In this document: positions 7,378 through 17,305 of the stretch, piece by piece
Numbering within the stretch: the first letter of the stretch is position 1
How the letters are laid out: every line of letters starts with the position of its first letter
IMG/VR virus record: IMGVR_UViG_3300015063_000002
Coordinates: 3,200 to 67,199 of that record
From: a virus
DNA: 64,000 bases
Reading direction: 5' to 3' (one strand)
Position numbers and translations under genes: made by a program
Notes under the pieces: generated by a model
Seen by the model: only the letters and a program-made list of their open reading frames with translations
Told to the model about the DNA's origin: nothing
Database searches by the model: none

Positions 7378-8715
7378 CTAGGCCGCAGCGCATACGCCGG
7401 TCGTACAAAGGTTATCAATCGCCCAAATCCAGCGTTCGGTGTCGTCCGCCGGACTGGGTATGATCCGCACCTTCTCGATTCCGGCTTCGACCATGCCACC
7501 GCCCTGAGCTTTCGCCTCGTAGCCAGAGAACTGGGCGTCCGGGGCCGTTAGGCCGAAGGCGTAGGGGTCGCCCGCATTGCCGCCGATGAGGGTCGCCGAC
7601 TGTGCGGTGTAGTTGAAAGCTCCTTCAGGGATAGCGTCCGAAACATCGTAGTTACCAGCCCCGCCAAAGATCACCTGGTCGAAGAAAGCTTTGATGAACT
7701 TGCCGCTGGAAGAGGCTTCGAGGGAGTGCGACAACTGGACTATCGAGTCGCGGTAGTAGGAGTTCAGCACCAGGTCGTCCGTAATCGGGGTGGAAAGCTT
7801 CAGGTCGATCTGACGCGGGTGGTTCTGGTCGTCGCCCAAAATGAGGGACGAGCCGCGTGTGTTTTGGAGTAAGACCGAGGACGGATCGGCCATGAAGGTC
7901 GCCGTTGACAGTACCGAGGGGTCGCGGGTGACACGTCGGAACTTCATGCTGGCCTGGTAGCCCGGCAGTTGGCCGGTCTGGAAGGAAGTGTTGAAGCTCT
8001 CGACCTTGCCGTCGTAGAACACCAGTGACACGGTTGACGTGCCGTTGGTGAAGGTGACGTAAGCTGTCCAGAGGTCAGACGCGCCTGCCGAGGTCAGGGC
8101 CAGGGGCATATGGAGGAAGCGGTGGGACACTTTGCGGTCGTTACGCACTTTCTTGACGGGCGTCGTACTGGCGTAGGTGTACAGGAGGCGAGAGGCCAGA
8201 GTGATCACATTCGCGGCAATGCTCTGGATTTGGTGGACTTCTACCCGGTCGGCATTCGTGTAGACCGGGGTAGGCGTGGTAGTCGCCAGTTCACCGATTT
8301 GCAACCAGTCGCCGACGGCGTAACCACTGGCGTCAGCGACGGTAACGCTGTTAGCGTGCCGAGCGGTAACGGCGACGGCCAGGGTGGTAGTGACGGCACT
8401 CGTGGGGTCGGTGCCACGCGATAGGATCATGTAGCGGCTACCGCCGAAGAGGTTCATCGGTAACGCTCCGACCCGCAGATGCCCGCTCAGGTCAAGGCCC
8501 GGCATGAAGGCTTCTTTGACCTCCGGCTGGGCAGTGTCACTGCCGGTGCCGATTTCGATACCGGGGTCACTCATATTCGAGGGGGTGTGAGGGTCTACCG
8601 AACTGGCTTTAACCTTGACCATGTTCGTGAGGTTAGGCGTGCCAGCGACAGTCTGCCGACGCAGCGCGACTATCATGGTCGAGGCCGGGTACATCGGCTC
8701 AACAGTTCCAGACAT
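7378..8715 (-). CDS. Probable major tail (tube) protein with inserted beta domain
   Basis: Position in operon; beta-rich Thr/Ser/Gly composition; inserted VADASGYAVGDWLQIG...EVHQIQSI segment. Confidence 0.55.
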   Translation of the reverse strand: MSGTVEPMYPASTMIVALRRQTVAGTPNLTNMVKVKASSVDPHTPSNMSDPGIEIGTGSDTAQPEVKEAFMPGLDLSGHLRVGALPMNLFGGSRYMILSRGTDPTSAVTTTLAVAVTARHANSVTVADASGYAVGDWLQIGELATTTPTPVYTNADRVEVHQIQSIAANVITLASRLLYTYASTTPVKKVRNDRKVSHRFLHMPLALTSAGASDLWTAYVTFTNGTSTVSLVFYDGKVESFNTSFQTGQLPGYQASMKFRRVTRDPSVLSTATFMADPSSVLLQNTRGSSLILGDDQNHPRQIDLKLSTPITDDLVLNSYYRDSIVQLSHSLEASSSGKFIKAFFDQVIFGGAGNYDVSDAIPEGAFNYTAQSATLIGGNAGDPYAFGLTAPDAQFSGYEAKAQGGGMVEAGIEKVRIIPSPADDTERWIWAIDNLCTTGVCAAA

Positions 8716-8844
8716 AGTTTGTTTGCTCCTTTGATTTGGGGTAGGGGTAGGGGTAAGGTGGGGTTAGCTGAGGGGTTTTAAGAAGAGGGGGAGGGATCGT
8801 TTCGTTATCTACGGGTAAATAATCCAAAGCGGTAGGGTGGTGGG

Positions 8845-9426
8845 CTAGGACAGATTCAAAGTCTCGCACTTCAAAGTCCAACTTTGGTCGAACCAGGCGG
8901 CGTACTTGATGCTGTTAGTTGTGCCGGTGCGGTCAATGCCCCACCGAGTCTTAGTTCCCGGTGTCACCATCACCACCGACTGACGGGTGTGCTTCCCGCC
9001 ACGTCCTACGAGGGTGGTTTGCAGGGTCGAAAGGTCAAGCTCTAGCATCATGAGGCCGACGACGTTACCCAGGTCGCGGGCCGCCCCCTTCGCTTCCCTG
9101 ATCGTCGGGTAAGTGGCACTCATGCCGCCGATCCGAACGTTCAGGGAGAAAAGGCTGTCCGAAGTGTCCGGCCCGCCGCCGATCTCTTGTTCGTCGAACG
9201 AGCGGTCGGTGACGGCCAGCCGCATGAGCGGCCCGGAGTTGAGGTCGTCCTCGAAGAGGTAACTGCCTGCCGTCACCTCCCCTACCCGGTAAGCCGCATT
9301 CAACCGGGGGTCAAATTTGGCTGTGGTCGAACTCTGGCCGAGGGCCGCTAGAAACAGCGCGGCCAGAGTATCTTCGACGACGTTCTCGATAGAGCTATTG
9401 ATCGGGGTTGTGGGGAGGGCAGGCAT
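8845..9426 (-). CDS. Neck/tail terminator-like structural protein
   Basis: Position between head and tail tube genes. Confidence 0.4.
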   Translation of the reverse strand: MPALPTTPINSSIENVVEDTLAALFLAALGQSSTTAKFDPRLNAAYRVGEVTAGSYLFEDDLNSGPLMRLAVTDRSFDEQEIGGGPDTSDSLFSLNVRIGGMSATYPTIREAKGAARDLGNVVGLMMLELDLSTLQTTLVGRGGKHTRQSVVMVTPGTKTRWGIDRTGTTNSIKYAAWFDQSWTLKCETLNLS

Positions 9427-9468
9427 AATAGTTGTTAGCTCTTCCTAAGTGAGTGAGTAAGTGAGTAA

Positions 9469-9849
9469 TTAAAACTGAACTTTGTTTTGACTACGGCAAT
9501 AGATTACGAAGGTTGGCATAGAGCCGGTAGTGGGTGTTGCCCTCACCACGAGGAGAGACACACCGACCAGGTAAGGCGCGACGGTCGAAGCGGTGATCGT
9601 GAGCAGGTCGCCCGGCTCTGGTAGGGTTTGGCTGGCGTCTAGCCTGACCCGCCAGGCCGGGGTGTTATCGTCGTCAAGGGTGCTGGTCGCTGGTTGCCCT
9701 GCGGCAAACGGATCGTAGGTCTGGACGTTGGCTGGGCCGTCAGTCTTCTTACCGACCGGCCCAGCCGCCTGGTCGGGGTTAATTTGCACGCCAGCGCGTT
9801 CGACCCTGACCCGGCAGTTGGGTAGCAATACGTAAGAGATTCCGACCAT
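9469..9849 (-). CDS. Head-closure-like structural protein
   Basis: Position and size only. Confidence 0.35.
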   Translation of the reverse strand: MVGISYVLLPNCRVRVERAGVQINPDQAAGPVGKKTDGPANVQTYDPFAAGQPATSTLDDDNTPAWRVRLDASQTLPEPGDLLTITASTVAPYLVGVSLLVVRATPTTGSMPTFVIYCRSQNKVQF

Positions 9850-9851
9850 AG

Positions 9852-10784
9852 CTAACGCACGTCCGCTGTGACTACGAACTGACCAGCACCGACCGTGACC
9901 GGGTGAGTATCGGCAAAGTCAATTTCGATGTCGAATAAGTAAGTACCCGGTTCGAGGGTGTCGGTGATCGTACTGGTCAGGGCCAGGCTAACGACGAGCG
10001 TGCCGGTGATGGGGTCAGCCGTGATGATTTGGGCCTCAGTGCGCGGGAATAACAAACCGCTACCGTCCAAGCCAACGCTTACCCAGGCCCTAGCACCCGT
10101 GTAGTTCCAGGTAACGGGCAGGCCGGGAATTGTCCAGCGGAGATCGCGGCCTTCCGGGGCTTCGTAGCTATCGCCTCGCCTAATGGTCTTGGTTTCGAGC
10201 AGGACGGGTAACGGGATGGGCGTGCTGGCCGCGACCAGAGCAGGGTAAGCCAACTGCCGGAAGAGTGCCGCGCCAGCAGTGTTCGGGGCATAAGAGGCGG
10301 ATAGCACAGCGGCCAGGGGATCGCTGCCTGCGGGAGCGTTTGCCAGCACGTAAAGAAGATTGCCATAAGTCCCAACATTCTGGTAGCCGGGCGGGTTGGG
10401 TGAGGTATTCCAAACCCCGCCGCCCACGCTTGCGGGTAACTGTTGGATTTGATTCAGAATGGATTGGCTACCAGCATCCATATTCTGCACCCACTGGTAG
10501 CCGACAATGCACACATCCCGAATTTCGGGCGCGTCTACAGTCGGGTCGCTAGACTTGAAAACACAGTGAAACGCCCCACCGATATAAGTGCTGGCGTTGA
10601 GATATTGATGCCCGTAAACGCCGCCGCCTAATGCGACTGCCGCCACGTCGGATTCTAAATGCTGTATAACGCCCTGGTACGGCGGGCCGTAGACATCACA
10701 CGTCACACTAAGGCCAGTCTTCCCGACCTTGTTCTTGGTGAAGAAAGCCGAAAATTCTACTGGTTGGTTAGTTTGCTGTAGCAT
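9852..10784 (-). CDS. Virion protein with BppU-like C-terminal domain
   Basis: C-terminus IRRGDSY...TDTLEPGTYLFDIEI...TVGAGQFVVTADV. Confidence 0.5.
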   Translation of the reverse strand: MLQQTNQPVEFSAFFTKNKVGKTGLSVTCDVYGPPYQGVIQHLESDVAAVALGGGVYGHQYLNASTYIGGAFHCVFKSSDPTVDAPEIRDVCIVGYQWVQNMDAGSQSILNQIQQLPASVGGGVWNTSPNPPGYQNVGTYGNLLYVLANAPAGSDPLAAVLSASYAPNTAGAALFRQLAYPALVAASTPIPLPVLLETKTIRRGDSYEAPEGRDLRWTIPGLPVTWNYTGARAWVSVGLDGSGLLFPRTEAQIITADPITGTLVVSLALTSTITDTLEPGTYLFDIEIDFADTHPVTVGAGQFVVTADVR

Positions 10785-10870
10785 AGTAGTGTTGTGCCGT
10801 TTCCCTTTTCTTTGTGCTGATTAGACTAGACTAAATACAGTTTTGACCGACCTCACCCTGCGGCCCTGGC

Positions 10871-11599
10871 CTAACCGCCGGTGGCGAGGTAATACGTCCG
10901 GGGCAACCGGGCTAAAATGGAATCCTTGCCCGGCGTGCCACCCGTGCTACCCGCACCCGGCATGGTGAAATTTACTTCTTGTTCGTCGTCTGAGGCCGAG
11001 TACGAGCCACCAATACGGGTCAGTAGCTTCAACTGGCATAGGTCAAGGGCCACGTCCACCAGTAGATCGAGGTCTACGGCAGGCGTATAAACCACTCGGA
11101 TACAGGCTCGGTAGAGGTCTTTGTAATCGCCCTCTAGCCGCATTCCGCTCACGCCCAGTAAGCCTAGCCCACCGGCAACCGCGCTGTTAGCTCCCCAAAT
11201 ACCTTGCGTCCGTGCGCCCGCTCCGGCCAGGCGGTAGAGTTCCCGGCCCGACTCGGCGATAGAGAAGTCGCCCGTGCCACTTGTGAAGTCGGGGCGGCGG
11301 GTGAGGAGCGTCCCCAGTTCGTAAACCTGTAAGACCGCACCCGTAGAATGGGTATCTATTTCGGCCAACAGGGACACGATTGGTCGGCCACCGTCTAAGG
11401 TTTCTTCCAACGATAGGATTTTGGTAGTCTTATCGAGTTGCGGTTCAAAGCCCAGCACCCGCCGAATATCCGAGATTGCCCCTTTAGCCATTCGGTCAAG
11501 GGCGGCCTGGCTCGTAATGCCGGTGCGGTTGACCAGAGTCGGGTAGTTATCGAGGATGTCCTGGCCGGTGATTAGAGGGATGGGGAGAGTAGTAGGCAT
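10871..11599 (-). CDS. Head-tail adaptor-like protein
   Basis: First gene after the capsid; IRVVYT...ALDLCQL pattern. Confidence 0.5.
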   Translation of the reverse strand: MPTTLPIPLITGQDILDNYPTLVNRTGITSQAALDRMAKGAISDIRRVLGFEPQLDKTTKILSLEETLDGGRPIVSLLAEIDTHSTGAVLQVYELGTLLTRRPDFTSGTGDFSIAESGRELYRLAGAGARTQGIWGANSAVAGGLGLLGVSGMRLEGDYKDLYRACIRVVYTPAVDLDLLVDVALDLCQLKLLTRIGGSYSASDDEQEVNFTMPGAGSTGGTPGKDSILARLPRTYYLATGG

Positions 11600-11670
11600 T
11601 GGTTAAAACCTGTTTAAATAAGACCTGGTAGAAATAGAGTAAGTAAGTAAGCAGGTAAGCAAAAAGTTAG

Positions 11671-11727
11671 CCTGATGAGGTGGGACTACCGGCTTAGTTA
11701 GTTAGCCGGTAGTCCCACCTCATCAGG
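11671..11727. terminator. Long hairpin after the major capsid gene
   Basis: CCTGATGAGGTGGGACTACCGGCT / AGCCGGTAGTCCCACCTCATCAGG perfect 24-bp stem, 9-nt loop. Confidence 0.8.
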
Positions 11728-11733
11728 AGCTTC

Positions 11734-13713
11734 CTAGTTGAAGCCTAACACCGCGAAGGTGCCGGGCATGGTCAACTGGAAGTCTTCGCGCAAGATGGCC
11801 CGGAACCAGGTCTGGTTAGCCTGGAAAGCCGTACCAGCTTCTTTGGAAGCCATGATCTCGATCTGAGCGCGTTGGGCCAGGGCCGCGTACTCCGAGTCAC
11901 CGGCTATCAGAAGCGTACCCGTGCCACCAGTTAGACTGGTGATACCACCACTGGCGACCGTCGCAACCTTCGGGAGGTTGGTGGTGACGTAAACCGGGCG
12001 TTCCATCAAGTAACCGACCGGGCCGTACTGCTGCGGGTCAGCCCCGTGCGGAGCTTCCATAACGACTTGCGGCGCGTTCACGCCACCGGCACTGGAGAAA
12101 ATGAAGTTGCCAGTCGTGTCTTTGAGCTTGCGGATACGCATCAGGCCGGTCGGTGAGGTGATGAACGTGTCTACCTGACCGTTGTTCTCCTCGACCGCAT
12201 TCATGAGCGTGTACACGTCCTCGGCCCGCATCGCCTGGCCGGTATCACTACCAACCAGTTTGTTCCCGGCTGGGATGGACTCGTAGATGCTGGTCGGCAC
12301 ACCGGAAGCCGCTGCGCCAATCAGGAAGCTGTTGTCTTCTTTGAGGGCTACAACCTTACGCAAATCTTCGCGCACGATGTTCTCAGCGTCGTAGGTCGAG
12401 TCGGACAGCAGTTGGTTACTGGTCTTGGCAAACGCTACCAAGTTTTTGGCCGTGAACACGATCTCGTCGAAAGCCGCGTCGGTGTTCGAGAGGCTGGTGA
12501 TGTCAACGTTCTCACCGGCCCATGCCGCCGACGCCTGGCCGGTTTGCCGGGGCAAGTGGAGCGTATCGCTGGACATCGGGTAAATGCGAGCGAACTTACG
12601 CACGACGGCCTTTGTCCGCAACAAATCAATGAACTCCCTCGACCATTCGTCTGGCACGATGTAGCCGCCAGAGCCAGCGACCGAGCCACCCAGAGCCTTG
12701 AACTCTTTGAAGTAACTACCTGCCGTATGAGGGTTCACGATGGAGCGGTACAGATCGATCAGCTTGAATTCAGGCGTACCACGCCGGTACTGGCCGCTCA
12801 GTCGGTTGACCGAACCCATGCGGCTGCGGTCGAAAGTCTTCGTGCCGCGTTCGACACTGCCACCGTTACCGGCAGCGTAACCGCCGAAGCCGAAGCTGCG
12901 GCCCATCGGTCGGGTATTCACGAGCAACTCCTGCACTTCACTTTGCACCAGGTCGCGCATGGCCTGGGCGGTCTTCCGCTCGCTCTGAGCGGCCTGTTTC
13001 TGCTTGGCGGTCTGGGCCAGGGCCTTTTGACGAGCCAAACTCTTGGCCTGAGCCATTACCTCGCGCATAGCGGCCTGAGCCAACAGCTTTTTTTGCTGGG
13101 CTGGTAAGCGCACGCCCTTGTACTGCTCTTCGAGGGCTTGCAGCACCTTCGTGGCCGCTTGCCGTTTGGCTTTGACAGCCGCTGCTTTGCGCTGGGCCTG
13201 AGCTTTCGCCTGAGCCTTCACACCGGCAACCGTTCCAGCTCCGGCACTAAGGGCCGAGTAGGTTTCGTTCTCGCCGTCCTCGTCGTCTTCGTCGCCACTC
13301 ACACCGAGGGCAGCGTCGATCAGAGCGTCCAACTGATCGGGGTCAAGCTGGGCCATTGCCCCACCGCCCGCCTCGTCGTCCGTGTCGGTCTCATCTTCGT
13401 CGTCCGTGTCGGTCTCATCTTCGTCGTCCGTGTCGCCGAACATATCTTCGATGCTCATGGTGTCCTCGTCGCCAGACGAACCCTTACTACCGGCCTCGTC
13501 CTGGTCGTCGGTATCATCCTGGTCGTCTTCGTCGTCTTCGTCGTCCTGATCACCAAAGCCGTTAGGCATAGTAGCCTTGACGTTGGCGGCCAGACGGAGC
13601 AGCAAATTCTCGTTGGCCGAGCGGCTGGGCTGGCCGCTACCGTTACCGGAGCGGTTCTTGCGGCCCTGGGCCTGAGCAGCCCTGCGCTGGTGTCGGTTCT
13701 TCGTGGTAGCCAT
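11734..13713 (-). CDS. HK97-fold major capsid protein with long N-terminal scaffold-like extension
   Basis: GGYIVPDEWSREFIDLLR...L.LPRQTG..SAAWAGE...NQTWFRAILREDF; N-terminal acidic and coiled-coil region of ~330 aa. Confidence 0.9.
   Translation of the reverse strand: MATTKNRHQRRAAQAQGRKNRSGNGSGQPSRSANENLLLRLAANVKATMPNGFGDQDDEDDEDDQDDTDDQDEAGSKGSSGDEDTMSIEDMFGDTDDEDETDTDDEDETDTDDEAGGGAMAQLDPDQLDALIDAALGVSGDEDDEDGENETYSALSAGAGTVAGVKAQAKAQAQRKAAAVKAKRQAATKVLQALEEQYKGVRLPAQQKKLLAQAAMREVMAQAKSLARQKALAQTAKQKQAAQSERKTAQAMRDLVQSEVQELLVNTRPMGRSFGFGGYAAGNGGSVERGTKTFDRSRMGSVNRLSGQYRRGTPEFKLIDLYRSIVNPHTAGSYFKEFKALGGSVAGSGGYIVPDEWSREFIDLLRTKAVVRKFARIYPMSSDTLHLPRQTGQASAAWAGENVDITSLSNTDAAFDEIVFTAKNLVAFAKTSNQLLSDSTYDAENIVREDLRKVVALKEDNSFLIGAAASGVPTSIYESIPAGNKLVGSDTGQAMRAEDVYTLMNAVEENNGQVDTFITSPTGLMRIRKLKDTTGNFIFSSAGGVNAPQVVMEAPHGADPQQYGPVGYLMERPVYVTTNLPKVATVASGGITSLTGGTGTLLIAGDSEYAALAQRAQIEIMASKEAGTAFQANQTWFRAILREDFQLTMPGTFAVLGFN
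13373..13434. repeat. 24-bp tandem repeat (2.5 copies) encoding DTDDEDET in the capsid N-terminus
   Basis: TCGTCGTCCGTGTCGGTCTCATCT repeated at 13373, 13397 and partially at 13421. Confidence 0.9.
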
Positions 13714-13947
13714 AATTCGGGGGTATTCCTTTCTGGGGGAATGTAAAAGGGGTTGTTGGTAAGTAAGTAGGTAAATAGGTAAGGGGATAGGATAGGGCAG
13801 GGCAGGGCCGCAACATGGTGGCTGGCTGGCTACCCGAACAGGGGGTCTGAGGGTCGGGCTGGGTCAAAGGGACGGGTAAGTTGCTTACTCAGTAATGCGT
13901 TAGGATGGGGCAGGTTAGTGGGTAGATTGGTAAGTAGGTCAGATAAT

Positions 13948-14241
13948 TCAGGCTTTCTTACCGATCCTTACTGGCGTCTCGTTCGTCACCAGATCGGGGT
14001 CGTTTTCCTCTTGAAGTTCGGTTGTTTCCTTTTCGGCTGGGGTCAGCTTCACAGGGGTAAAGTGTACCTGGCCCACATTGTCTAGCTCTACCAGAAAGCT
14101 GGACTCGCTACCGTATTTGGCAACTATTTCGGCCATGAGAGCGTGCAAGTGATAGATATGGTGGCCCGCTAAGGCCGGGGTGTCCTGACCAAGCACTACT
14201 ATCTCATCGGTGCTGGTGGGCTGGTTGTTAGAAACTGGCAT
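13948..14241 (-). CDS. Hypothetical protein
   Basis: 97-aa ORF with RBS between protease and capsid. Confidence 0.55.
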   Translation of the reverse strand: MPVSNNQPTSTDEIVVLGQDTPALAGHHIYHLHALMAEIVAKYGSESSFLVELDNVGQVHFTPVKLTPAEKETTELQEENDPDLVTNETPVRIGKKA

Positions 14242-14272
14242 GGTGGAAAGCCTCCTTCTTGTTGAAACTAAA

Positions 14273-15807
14273 CTAAGATTTAACCGAATCGAGGTATTGC
14301 AGTGATTTCGCTAGTCGGTCGTGAGCGTGCTTGAACGCTTTTTCCCATACGGGTGAGTTTTTACGGTGACTGGCACTCTTGAGATTAAGCAAGCTTAATC
14401 CTATCTCCTCCCAGTAACCGACTCCGGCCAGAGCCAGGGCGGTTGCATCGCGCATTTGGATTTGCCGCCCCTTTACCGAACCGACCGCCAACTTCGCACC
14501 GGAGGCAAGATAGCTCTTGCTGGCCCGGTTGAAGACGGCGTAAGGTTGGGCCGGGGTTGCTACTACCGAGAGTTCAAACAGGTCTGCCGAGATGATTTCC
14601 TGGCCCTGGCGCGACCAAATACCACCGATTGAGAAGGTGCGGAGGATATTGGCCTTGATGGATTCGTAGATTTCGACCATCGGCTGCCAGGTCGGTTTAC
14701 GCACGAAGGCTTTAACCCACAGTCCGTACTCGTCGTCGAAACGGTACGAGATGACCTGGCCGAGCGGTTTGTTACCGATGATCGGGTCAAGGCCGTGTTC
14801 GTAGAGCAGGATCGGATTGAGATTGAAGTAAGTCTCGACCGACTGGCGGAAGGTCTCACTGGTCGGCCCTAGCACGTCCCCGTAGCGGTCTTCGGGATAA
14901 CGCACGGACGCCCAACCTTCGATATAGATACCGGCAATGCCGTTGTATAGCACCTCACCGCCACCGCGTAGAGCCTTGAACTCGGAATGTTCGGCCAGAC
15001 GGCGTGGGCCTCTGGGCTGCTTTGGTCCGGCGATAAGAGGGGTAAGAGCCGAGACGGGCTTGATAAGGATGGGTTTGGTGTTGGCGGGTTTTCGTGGTTG
15101 CTGCACAGATTTACCTTTGCTGCTATCGGTGGTGGTAGGGATAATGGGGGTAAAAATAAGCTGGTTAGCAAGCTCTGTCAGGGTAAAGCCCTGATGACTC
15201 TTGCTCTTGAAGGCCGAAGCTGACCCCTCTAGCTTGAAGGGAATGCGCTTCGTTCCCCAGGCCAGTTGCACCTGGTCGAACTTCATCTCAGTTTTAGCCA
15301 GGTCAATGGTCGGAGTTGGGCAGTCTTTCGGGAGATAGGCCAGCGTGATGTGAGCCGTGAACGAATGGTTGGAGGCTGGCTTAACCCCGCTTCGGTTGAG
15401 GCAGGTTAGAAGCTCTTGCCGCCACTCGTCTAGCCCTGGTGCGTCTACACTGGCCCACAGTGCGTTCGTGCCATCCCGTCTTCGTCATTATTGAACCGGC
15501 CAACCCCGCCGATGGTGGCGGTGAGCGCGGGGACAGAGTGGGCAAAGGTTTTCAGATTACGAGCCAGACGTTTTGCTACCCGTGCGTCAAGGCCACCCTG
15601 ACCGGCCTGGCCGAGATAGGCCAGCGTTACGTGCATCTCGCTGGTCGGGACGGGCGTCGCACCTGGTGGTAGGGCCTTTTCGACCGCAGCCGCGAGTTCG
15701 GTTGCTACGCCTGTCGGCAGGAAAAAGGCGACCATGACGCCGGTCTGGTTGGCGGTTAACTTGTCTTGGGTTTGGGTTTGGGTTTGGATAGTCAAGGTGT
15801 TAATCAC
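14273..15807 (-). CDS. 2H-phosphoesterase / HK97 prohead protease fusion, split by one frameshift at ~15477
   Basis: HVTLAY in 15445-15807; a second HITLAY in the open frame from 15478 that runs without a stop into the 14273-15286 ORF; protease motifs IEGWAS, EDRYGDVL, LYEHG, FSIGG, ELSVVATPAQP. Confidence 0.75.
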
Positions 15808-16187
15808 TTAGCTTTGAGGAAGGTAAGAATAAACTCTGGGCTTACACGAAGCGAGGTATAGAAAGTATAGAAAGTTGGGTAGTGAAGTAGTTCTTGAGTT
15901 TTACACCGTGAGAAAAGGTTGATTCGCAAATTGCCTGGGCAATCTTGATCGCCTATTACGAGGCGATTTGCTTTGATACAGTCTGGTTTACACCCTTGCT
16001 CTTGAAGCTCGTAATCACGGTACCGGGTCATACCACTCAATATTGAATCAAAAACTGCTTGGCTGTCTGTCGGTAGTTCATTCCAAGCTGGAAGCACTTC
16101 TTCAAAATCCTGTTGGAACCACCCCACAAAACCTGCGTGCAGTTGAGCCGGTGCTACTTCTTGCCCTTCGATAGTTTGTGCAATCAA
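15804..16187 (-). CDS. Hypothetical cargo protein
   Basis: AT-richer ORF inside the head operon. Confidence 0.5.
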   Translation of the reverse strand: MIAQTIEGQEVAPAQLHAGFVGWFQQDFEEVLPAWNELPTDSQAVFDSILSGMTRYRDYELQEQGCKPDCIKANRLVIGDQDCPGNLRINLFSRCKTQELLHYPTFYTFYTSLRVSPEFILTFLKAK

Positions 16188-16203
16188 AATTTCTTTTCCC
16201 TTG

Positions 16204-16863
16204 TTACCAGCCTAGCTCGTAGAGTTCGAGTTCTGAAACTGGCGTTGGGCCAGGCTTGAGAGCAGTAACAACGGATTGAGGCTGTGGTTGCCGTCTGGCG
16301 GCCTCCCACTCGCTACACAGCATACCCATCGAAATGTGGTCGTAGTAATGGCCGTCGTGGTAGACGCTTTGACGTTTACGGCCCTCGACCACGAAACCTA
16401 ACCGTTCATAGAGAGCCTGAGCTTTCGAGTTGTACTCGTAAACCGTAAGACCAACCCGGTGAAGGTTCTGTTCCTGGAAGGCGTACTTCAAAACGAGTTG
16501 AATAGCTTCCGAACCGTAGCCTTTACCCTGGTCTTTGGGGTCGCCTATACCGATACCCAGCGTGGCCGAACGGTTCACCCGGTCAATCCCGTAGAGCTTG
16601 ATATAGCCGATCAGCCGGTCAATCTGGGGTAAGGACATCGTGCGGTTCGGCAGTGGTCGGATACGAAACTCGACTTCGCTATTCGGGTTGGAGTTAAAGT
16701 CTTTCTCCCACGTCTCCCAGCGGGATACTGGATCGTGGTAGACCGGGCCACCAGCCGCCGCTCGGTGAAAGGTCGGTTCGTTGAACCATTGGCACAAGAG
16801 TTCGGCGTCTTCGGGCCTGGGGCCGGTCAGACGGATTAGCTCGCCGGTGAAAAGGCTATTCAT
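16204..16863 (-). CDS. GNAT acetyltransferase (RimJ/RimL type)
   Basis: LIGYIKL...LGIGIGD...QGKGYGSEA...LHRVGLTVYEYN..A..LYERLGF..EG; start taken at MNSLFTGE. Confidence 0.9.
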   Translation of the reverse strand: MNSLFTGELIRLTGPRPEDAELLCQWFNEPTFHRAAAGGPVYHDPVSRWETWEKDFNSNPNSEVEFRIRPLPNRTMSLPQIDRLIGYIKLYGIDRVNRSATLGIGIGDPKDQGKGYGSEAIQLVLKYAFQEQNLHRVGLTVYEYNSKAQALYERLGFVVEGRKRQSVYHDGHYYDHISMGMLCSEWEAARRQPQPQSVVTALKPGPTPVSELELYELGW

Positions 16864-17305
16864 CACCGTCACTGCCGACCAGTTCCCTGTAGCCCGGCAA
16901 GTTTGGTTGTAGAGCTTGTAGAAACCCCAAATCAATTAAAGTCGTAGCTCGAATCAGTATGTGTGAGTCGGCGTAGTGGTCGTGATCGGGGCGGAAATAG
17001 TAGTACGCCCGTAGCACTGCGTAATGGACGTTGGTAAAGTACCCTGTGTGAAGCCCAACCTCTAGCTTAAAGTGGTCCAAATCCGTTTCGAGAGTGACAT
17101 CTTTACCAAATCCCTGACTCATAGCGTTGTTGTTTAACTTCACGGCCAGCGAACGAAAAAACTCTCGAACTATCGGGGTCACTTGGGGCTGGTCTGGGAG
17201 TTTGTCAAACATCGCCCAGTACGCCTGCTCGATATGATCCTCGCCAATCTGCAAATCATCGGAGAAAACGGTGCTTCGCTTTGCCATATACCTCACTGCT
17301 ATCAC
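16856..17305 (-). CDS. Hypothetical protein
   Basis: Coupled to both neighbours. Confidence 0.55.
   Translation of the reverse strand: MIAVRYMAKRSTVFSDDLQIGEDHIEQAYWAMFDKLPDQPQVTPIVREFFRSLAVKLNNNAMSQGFGKDVTLETDLDHFKLEVGLHTGYFTNVHYAVLRAYYYFRPDHDHYADSHILIRATTLIDLGFLQALQPNLPGYRELVGSDGDE

Noticed and set aside
12412-13746. Long plus-strand ORFs opposite the capsid gene (also opposite portal, TerL, tnpB and HerA)
   Set aside because: Shadow frames of GC-rich coding sequence with no recognisable motifs.
13784-13875. GGATA GGATA GGGCA GGGCA GGGCC as a third array
   Set aside because: GGR rather than GGY, only about five units, phase is lost, there is no closing hairpin, and it is part of a low-complexity spacer.
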